Source: Eledone cirrhosa
Lineage: Eukaryota
DNA length: 64,000 bases
Assembly (NCBI GenBank): GCA_964016885.1
Contig: OZ024743.1
Span: 155,930,001 to 155,994,000 of the forward strand
Reading direction: 5' to 3'
Part shown: positions 55,167 to 64,000 of the stretch, piece after piece
How the letters are laid out: every line of letters starts with the position of its first letter
Numbering within the stretch: the stretch's first letter is position 1
Notes under the pieces: generated by a model
What the model saw: the letters and a program-made list of their open reading frames with translations, nothing else
What the model was told of the DNA's origin: nothing
Database searches by the model: none
Made by a program: the position numbers and the translations under genes

Positions 55167-55275
55167 AACCAGTAAGACCCCGACAGCTGAGCTCAAGCCG
55201 TTTCGACGGCTAATTCTGCAGAATTAGCCGTCGAAACGGCTTGAGCTCAGCTGTCGGGGTCTTACTGGTTCCTAT
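55162..55275. repeat. Perfect 114-bp palindrome built from the 3' half of a hammerhead motif
   Basis: Centre at ctg|cag (55218/55219). Each arm carries GAAAC GGCT..AGCTG TC GGGG. Confidence 0.95.
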
Positions 55276-55604
55276 TACCCACTCTACTACCTCAAGTATT
55301 GAGTACTTTGGTGCGTTATGGTCCACCTGGTTCCTTACCACATTTCCTTCGTTATATATATATATATATATATAAGAAAGTATTCGTTTCTGGCGGGGAT
55401 CTATTATTTCTTCGTGGGTACATTTTAACCCTATATCCTTGTTTAATTGATTTGTTATGCGGTTGATTATGCTGATTGGGAGGAGAAATACTGTATATAT
55501 TTTATCATATGATTGTATGGACTTACTTTCTTATTTATTGCTCTGATTGTCGATTATTCAATTAAATAATTCGTCATTGAGCCACACCGTGAATGGTGGC
55601 CAAA

Positions 55605-55684
<80 letters not shown>

Positions 55685-56238
55685 TCGCTCTGTCTGACTT
55701 GACCACTGGCCATGTGACAATTCTTACCCATTTTTAATTCGTTTCTGGCGGGGATCATTTGAGACAAATCTTTGTACAATTGAGTTTGTTTCTGATGATT
55801 TCGAAACTCGTTGATATATCCATGATCGGATATTTCCATAAAGCGAATGAAACTACATGGGGTAGAAATATAATTGTTGTATGTTTATGTACAATTTTTC
55901 TCCTAACTTCGATTTTGTACCTAATTATGTATGGTTAGCTATATGTCTAGTCAATTTCTACGGGATATTAGAAATACTAGGTAAATCTTTTGAGGCTGTG
56001 GATCGCGGATAAAATAGCTATCATTTATATATCTATTATTTCCTCATATGTACATTTTGAACTCATAGCTTCGTTTAATTGATTTTTTATGTGATTGATT
56101 ATGCTGATTGTGAAGAAAAATACTGTATATATTTTATCAAATAATTCTATGGATTTACTTTCTTATATATTGCTCTGATTGTTCATTATTTAATAAATTA
56201 ATTCATCACTGAGCCACACATTGAAATGATTGCCAAAA

Positions 56239-56295
<57 letters not shown>

Positions 56296-56299
<4 letters not shown>

Positions 56300-56518
56300 A
56301 GGCCTGTGGCTGAGTGGTTAGAGAACTGGATTCGCAATCGTGAGGTTGTGCGTTCGATTCCTGGACCGGGCGATGCGTTATATCCTTGAGCAAGACACTT
56401 TATTTCACGTTGCTCATTCTACCTGGACTCGAGTTGCGACCGATAGATAGTATTAGCAATTTGAAAGACCAATGGAAACACTGTTTCCTCGGTCCGATTT
56501 GACGAAAGTCGATCGTTA
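56296..56518 (+). mobile_element. tRNA-derived SINE with CORE-like body
   Basis: A box TGGCTGAGTGG and B box GTTCGATTCC, then tccttgagcaagacactt. It lies between TA tracts. Confidence 0.8.
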
Positions 56519-56577
<59 letters not shown>

Positions 56578-56749
56578 TATATATATTTACATGGAAAAGA
56601 TTGAAACGAAATTTCATTTCACACTCTTAGTACGGCTGATACCTAATTATAAGTATGTATACGTACATACACATATGTGTACAGACACACAGTAGTATGT
56701 ATATATATGCATACATGCACATATATATATATATATATATACGTATGAG

Positions 56750-58245
56750 TTTACCGAACATTTATTATAATGTTCGGTTTGTTTGTAAACAAACACCCCG
56801 AATTACGCCGTACAATGGTCGGCAACTATCGTCGCCCTTTTGTTCAACACTGACACAGAAACGATGTATTAGTTTCAAGCTTATTAGCTATGGTTAGCAT
56901 CGTATATCATTCTGTCAGATGATTGAACGTCTGAAAGTATATACTTTCCTTATGCATATTAACGGCTGAGCAGCCTAATTTGCATATCTAGTGAGTTGTC
57001 GGCCGGGCATACCGAAAACTATAAAAATGAGTATTGTTAGTTGTGGGGTGGGCAAAGGGGTGGGGTGCTGAAAAGGGGAAGTGTGTTAGAGGTGTTAGTG
57101 GGGAATGTGGAGGGAAGGGTGCGCGGTCGAAGGCTAAATGAATAGGGGTGGGGAGTTCAGGCCGGGTGTGTGTGGGTATGGAGGGTGAAAATGGTGCATT
57201 GATCGACCGTGAGGCGGGTGGCGGGTGTTCCATGGCATTGGAGTAGGCCACAGACTGTCAAGTTGTGGGCGGAATGTCCAGGGGAGCGAAAGTGGCGGGC
57301 GATCGGGGTACTCACGCCGAGGGGTATATCCCGGAGGTGTTCTGTTAAACGGTCCGCCAAGCGACACACAGTCAGTCCGTTATAGGTTGCGCTGCACTCC
57401 GTGCAGCGACGTCCATAGACTAGGTTGGAGGAGGTGCAGCGGAAGGCGTGCCGTACAGAGACAGAGTGGCCGTTGGGACCATGGAAGGTGGTGGTGTTGG
57501 TGATGTGGGGGCAGGTGTGGACACGAGGCCTGGAGCAGGGAAGTGAACCGGACCGGGGGTGTATTGGGGGGGAGCTGTGGAGAGGAGGGTGTGGTGACAG
57601 CGGACTGGAGGCGTGTGAAGCGGCGGAGCATCGGCGGTGGAGGGGTAGGATGGAGGGGTCGTAGATGGTGGTAAAGAGGAGACGGTGGGTGGATGTGCTG
57701 TGGTGTGGGGTGAGGGCGGTGGACCGGTGGACAGCACGGGCGCGAGTGAGGGCGAGGGAAGTGTGGTAACCTCGCCGGATGAAATGGCTGACTAGGGAAA
57801 GGGCTTGAGACTCAAAGTCAGCATCTATTCTGCAGAGCCTGCGGTTCCAGAGGAGTTGGGAGTAGGGAATAGAGTGTTTTGTGTGTGTAGTGTGGAAGGA
57901 TGTGAAGTCGAAGTAGGAGTGGGAGTCGGTGGGTTTGAAGAAGGCGGATGTGATGAGGGAGCGTTGGGAGGGGTCAATGGCGATGGAGATGTCTAAGAAG
58001 TGGACGTAGGTGGAGGAGATAGAGGTGGTGAAGTTGAACGAGGGGTGGCAGGCGCAGAAGAGGGAGAGGAATAAGTCGAGCTGTGCTCGTGTGAGGGTCG
58101 TGACTCCGATACTGTCGTCGATGTAACGACTGTACAGTTCGGGCGTGGGCCGGTGTATTGGGCAAAGATTTGGACCTCCATGTGGCCAACGAATAGGTTG
58201 GAATACTTAGAGCCCATTCTTGTGCCCATGGCTACTCCCGTGATC
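56750..58245 (-). mobile_element. 5'-truncated Neptune-type PLE (RT C-terminal half, Cys linker, GIY-YIG, pLTR)
   Basis: GVAMGTRMG, RYIDD, HFLDISI, FKPTDSH, PCSRPRVHTCPHI and FRCTSSNLVY..CTEC...RLADRLTEHLRDI. A mutated HHR lies at 56861-56903. Confidence 0.85.
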
Positions 58246-58617
58246 TCTCTCTCTATATATATATATATGCATATATATATATGTTGTGTTAGATTGTCTC
58301 AGCTGCCGATGGATGTACAGCGTTTGCTGCGGCTGTACAGGCCCACTAAGGTGTTGCAAGGCAGTTTAAGATCTTCTCTCCCATTGCTACCATGTTGGGT
58401 TTTTTCGAGGCGGATTTTCCGCGGAGGCAAGTATCAGTTTGTCCTCCCCTCGCCCAACCACTGTCTAGAACGGGCGTTATTTTCGCATGTTGCTCAAACC
58501 ACGCCGTCTGCTGAGGCTCGACTACCTGGATCATATACCGGTTGGGATGATGCCAAAAGACCTACTGTATAGAGAACTGGCAACCTGCAGAAGATAATAG
58601 GGGAGATCTCACCGTCG

Positions 58618-58673
<56 letters not shown>

Positions 58674-59034
58674 GTAAATATAGATATTCGTTTGTGGGTG
58701 ACGGCTGAAAGAAAGGAGTAACCACTACCGATAGTGAGTTTAAATATTACGCTTTACTAAGGCTGGATAGTGAGTCTTCTTAATGAAGATTTTACTCTAT
58801 ATATCAACGAGTCATCAGGCAGGAACTTCTCTGTTGGCACTGTGATAAACAGAGGAAACTCTAGAGTAATAAGTATCAAGTGACAAAATGATATTATATT
58901 ATACACATAGCAATGTATTGAGAGTTGTTGTGAAGAGGTTATTATATAAAGTGAAAATAGTGAGCATAATATATAGAAAGTTATTTATAAATATATAAAT
59001 ATATATAAATATATAAATATATACATATATATAA

Positions 59035-59118
<84 letters not shown>

Positions 59119-59514
59119 CTATTAATACATCTACCTATGTATATATGGGGGGGGGGGGTGAATTATAACTTTTAAATTAGATATCTTAAAAGCTATCTAT
59201 TTTCTTCACTTCTAATATATTCCCATCGGAATTTCTCATTATGTAGATGTATGTGTTTATATTTCCTTGCCATATATTTTAATCAAATATAAATATAACA
59301 TGTCTAATTTGACACACTATCGTACATGTACTTTACGTTAGATGATAGAAGCATAGCACCACAACTTCCCGGAGTATATTGATTAGATAATTTGAGGCAG
59401 TTGAATGTTTTCTAGATCAAGAGAACTCCGAAAGTGTACTAATTTTGTCCTACACATTCTATTCATTTACATACACACACACACGAACACCAACACGCAC
59501 ACACACATACACAT

Positions 59515-59592
<78 letters not shown>

Positions 59593-59633
59593 ACGTATAT
59601 GTGTAGTTTGTATATATATATATATATATATAT

Positions 59634-59984
59634 AAACGTTTGCAGTTAGAAGGCCAGAATAATGCAAGCATGGATATAAAATATAAATACAAATGCAGAC
59701 GATATCGCTGACAATTAGTCTTTTACATTAAATTTATTTGAATAACGTTAAGTTTCGAGATGATATCTCTTCTTCAGAGGGAAATAAAGGGGTTAATCCA
59801 GTGTTCTAATTAGCTTGCCAAGTAAATCCCTTTACGTCCCTCTGAAGAAGAGATATTACCTCGAAACTTAAGGATATTCAAATAAATGTAATGTAAAATA
59901 CAAATTGTCAGCGATATCTTGTGCATTTGGATTTATATTCTATATCCATATCTGCATTGTATTGACCTTCTACTCCAAACGTTT
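59634..59984. repeat. Fold-back cassette (arms ~59634-59795 and ~59823-59984) with decayed divergent HHR motifs (59746-59780 minus, 59839-59873 plus)
   Basis: CCT CTGAAGA aGAGatattacCTC GAAA c tTA AGG, plus its mirror. TA tracts lie on both sides. Confidence 0.8.
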
Positions 59985-60021
59985 CTACCTCGCTACGTAA
60001 TGCTTCAAGTAAAGGCAATTT

Positions 60022-60067
<46 letters not shown>

Positions 60068-60170
60068 AACGAGTAAGACCCCACTCGTTCCTATTACCCA
60101 CTCTACTACTCTAAGTATTGAGTACTTTGGTGCGTTATGGTCCACCTGGTTCCTTACCACATTTCTTCCG

Positions 60171-60238
<68 letters not shown>

Positions 60239-61401
60239 GCATACGTGTGTATAATGGTAGCTATGGTGCTTCCATAGGCGGTATGCCAAAATTAGCACTC
60301 ATTATTCATACAGAGCCGGTTTCGGTATCTCACACGTCTGTTCACACTCCAGAGTATGTACCCACATATACACACACACGCGCAGGCACACACACATGCA
60401 TGCATACCCATATGTAGGCATACATGTGTAGAAACACATATACCCCATACACATATATACACGCACACACGCTCCCTCTCAGGCGCTCCACAAACCCAGG
60501 CACAACCACATCCAGATACCAACCGCCACTTGGCGCTTGCCTAAACAGCGCCATACATCCGGTCCCACACGCCCGCATACGCGCACACACGCGCAGACAC
60601 ACGTCCCCGCATACAAAGACACATATCAGCGTTCGGGCACATCAGAACATATATACACAAACACTCTCAGACACATTCATGGATACACACGCACATACAC
60701 GCATATCCTTATTGATAGGCATCAAGGACAGACACACTTCTAAAGACATAATCACACATACACACATATACACACACATTTACATATATCTACACACAAG
60801 TACATGTATCCGCATATAAACACATAGACAAACCCTGTCCTATGTGGGTCTACGTACGCACCCACACACACACCCAGTGACAGATACTCACGCCATATAT
60901 ATATATATATTTATATATGTGTGTGTATATGTACACACACATATACACACGCATGCAGACACACTCGTATACACATATATATATATGTATACGCACACAC
61001 ACATACACATATATACACGCATATACACATACATACTTCTACGCACATATGTCCATATGTGTACACACACCCACGCAAACATACACATATACACACACAT
61101 ACGCGCGCACATATACCTACGCACAACCTTATATATATATATATATATATAAAAAAATAAAAAAAATACTGGTCCACCCACACACACACACACACACATA
61201 CACATACACATATATATACACACACACATACACACGCGTACATCAACATACAAAGAGACTTATACACACACACACACACACACACACGCACTTCTCCGTA
61301 TAAGACAAAAGCCGAAAAATATCTTTTGACATGCTAAAATACCCCCCATTGCTTTCAGACACATTCTTACTGACCATCCCTGCCACCACGAATTACTCTG
61401 C

Positions 61402-61444
<43 letters not shown>

Positions 61445-61511
61445 CTTAATAGCCATTTGACACGCATCGCTGCTAACCATTATCACAACATCGAACACCT
61501 TACTACTACTA

Positions 61512-61563
<52 letters not shown>

Positions 61564-61589
61564 TTATTGTGAAAGAGTCATTTCTCAAT

Positions 61590-61806
61590 CTTGGCGCAAA
61601 ACCAATTTTTTATTCACATGACCTCTACCGACCAATCAAAATTGTTTTGACCACAAGAATTTTTGCTGGAGCCACTTTTTTAACATAAAAACAGTCTTGG
61701 CGCAAAATCAATTTTTTACATTCACATGACCTCTACCGACCAATCAAAATTGTTTTGACCACAAGAATTTTTGCAAATTGGAACCACTTTTTTAACATAA
61801 AAACAG
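61590..61806. repeat. Tandem duplication of ~105 bp
   Basis: tcttggcgcaaaa...taacataaaa.cag occurs twice. Confidence 0.9.
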
Positions 61807-62022
61807 GTAGAATTCCTAAAACTAATCAGATCAGAGCAAACAGCACGGACACTCTATCTCAAAATTATTTTTGAAAAGCATTTAGAAATGCGCAACCGGT
61901 AAAAACTTAAAAACTTAAAACCACAACTGAATACTAACCCATACAATCACTAATACTCTTTTATTCCTAATTAAACCATTTTTCAACTGTGAACAATTTG
62001 TCAGCATTTTCTATTCCGTTTA

Positions 62023-62070
<48 letters not shown>

Positions 62071-62443
62071 CACATACATACAGCATACACATACATACAC
62101 CTAACTAGATACACACATACACACACACACATATATATATAAAATTCTACATGCATACGCACACGGATGGCCATATGCATATTTGCTTACTCACACGTGC
62201 TTCCACATATACATATATAAACAAAACCGTAAAAGAAATATACAATATATAATAAAATATACAATATACAAGAAAATAACAATGAAATAACATAACATAA
62301 AATAACAATATAGTATACAATATAATATACATATATATAACATATTCATACATACATATATATATATATACAATGGATATATATTAAAATAATAGATAAT
62401 AAAATGAATGTATAATCCATCCGTACACATTCCTCTGCGATGT

Positions 62444-62516
<73 letters not shown>

Positions 62517-63328
62517 CATATAAATTCACAAACATATAGAGACCCACATATACATACATACGCGCGCACACATATATATACATACGAACCAACATACACA
62601 CATATATTCATACACAGCTATACATATATACATATATATATATACACACATCCACATATGTACATACATGTACATGCATGCACACACACACGTATAAGCT
62701 CATGCATATACGTACACATGCACACATACATACCCCCATACACACACACGTATATATATCTCTTCATACACACACACATACATATACATACGAACAGGTC
62801 TACACAGAAAAAACCCACATATAAACACAATAAGATAATAAAATAAAATTAATTAATTTACCATATGTTAAAATACATTAAAATATGTATGTAACTTCAC
62901 AAAGGGATAAATAAAGGGGCGGTGGGTACAGGAGAAGGTGAGTGTATCCATGTGATAAACTACACACATGTAGTATGATGTACAAACTTTAGGTCCGTAT
63001 ATGGAACAAGTAACAATAACAAAACAATAACAACAGTAATAATAATTGTTATAAAGTGGAACATGTGGAGAGTATATATTCACGATTGACGGGGCACACA
63101 TTCAAGGGGACGCTAGACCTGCTCACCATGAGTATGCCACCGTGGTTGGGGTGTGCTGTTCTATATGTTTGGGGTATTTGTCTGGACGACTGTGGACTCC
63201 GTATTAGCCGGTCCCGGCATAGGCGATGCACCTGCCCAATGTTGCGTGCTCGGTCAGGTGTGCACCCTGGTTTACTTATATTTGCCACACGGGTCGCACA
63301 ATGTCATCAGGGCATGGTGACAGGTCCC

Positions 63329-63830
63329 TTAAACCCGTTCGGCCGCATGAGTCTGTGCGTACCCGGTCCCATGCGCCTGGCCTGTGCCACCCAGAGGATT
63401 CCATGTTGCAAGTGTGCATCTTCTCTGGTGACTGCAGATTATGATAATTTCAGACTTCAGGTTGGCCGCGTCATCTTCCAGTCTGACTACCTCCTCCATG
63501 GCCTCGTGTAGGCATAATCGGCACTTTCTACTTCCAGCCGAATATACCTTCGCATGGCGAACGATATTCCATTCCAGGGCGTACGGAGTGCCTTGGTCTT
63601 TCAGGTCACACACCAGGTCCGCTAACCTAGTGGAGTGTCTTTTGCTACGGTTCCCGAAGGAATTCAAGTGATTATATATCTGCGATTTAAAGGTCGTGGA
63701 TGTTGCGCCGATGTAGGTGCGATGCGCATTTTGGGTTGTAAACACGCATTTATATATCAGGTCCTTCGTCAGGCATTTTCCCTGCGGAGGAGAAGGCACT
63801 GGGTGCCCGCTCTGCAGTTTCAAGTTATGT
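63329..63830 (-). pseudogene. GIY-YIG domain of a third Naiad-type PLE family, truncated or decayed
   Basis: GKCLTKDLIYKC...TYIGATSTTFK..IYNH..SF...W.IV..A...CRLCLHEA...NLKSEI...CSH. Confidence 0.85.
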
Positions 63831-64000
63831 TGTCAGTTCTTTCGCATCTGATGTGTGTGTGTATATGTGGGTACATACTCAGAGTGTGAACAGACGTGTG
63901 AGATACCGAACCCGGCATGGCTCCATTGAAGAGTGTTGGACGGAAAATGGTTAATGACCCGTGTAGCAGTAAATAGTGATCAGAACTTAAGATGACATAG

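Noticed and set aside
55792-55812. CTGATGA ttttc GAAAC tc GTT
   Set aside because: Stem II is absent and stem I is weak; at most a collapsed relic.
58290-58610. GC-rich stretch resembling a LINE 5' UTR with a possible HDV-like ribozyme
   Set aside because: I could not build the nested double pseudoknot by eye.

Overview
AT-rich eukaryotic DNA, dense in microsatellites and transposons, with no host gene I can support. The SINE family present suggests a cephalopod (Octopus-like) genome; this is inference. The window is dominated by Penelope-like retroelements (PLEs; RT plus GIY-YIG). These include a young Naiad-type array at 859-12741 (inverted pLTR, partial copy, two near-full tandem ORFs), three further decayed Naiad-type copies, a Penelope/Poseidon-type copy, a Neptune-type copy and a GIY-YIG fragment. 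L1/Tx1 and RTE LINE relics and tRNA-derived SINEs are also present. The most striking hidden layer is a set of about 15 type-I hammerhead ribozyme (HHR) motifs from at least 7 unrelated repeat families. Three families carry a compensatory U3-A8 core (UUGANAA) and one carries an A4 core (CAGAAGA). Many sit in short ORF-less fold-back cassettes next to (TA)n tracts. One Naiad fragment has a TGA at a conserved Cys position and a SECIS-like hairpin just after its stop codon. All RNA structures were folded by eye.
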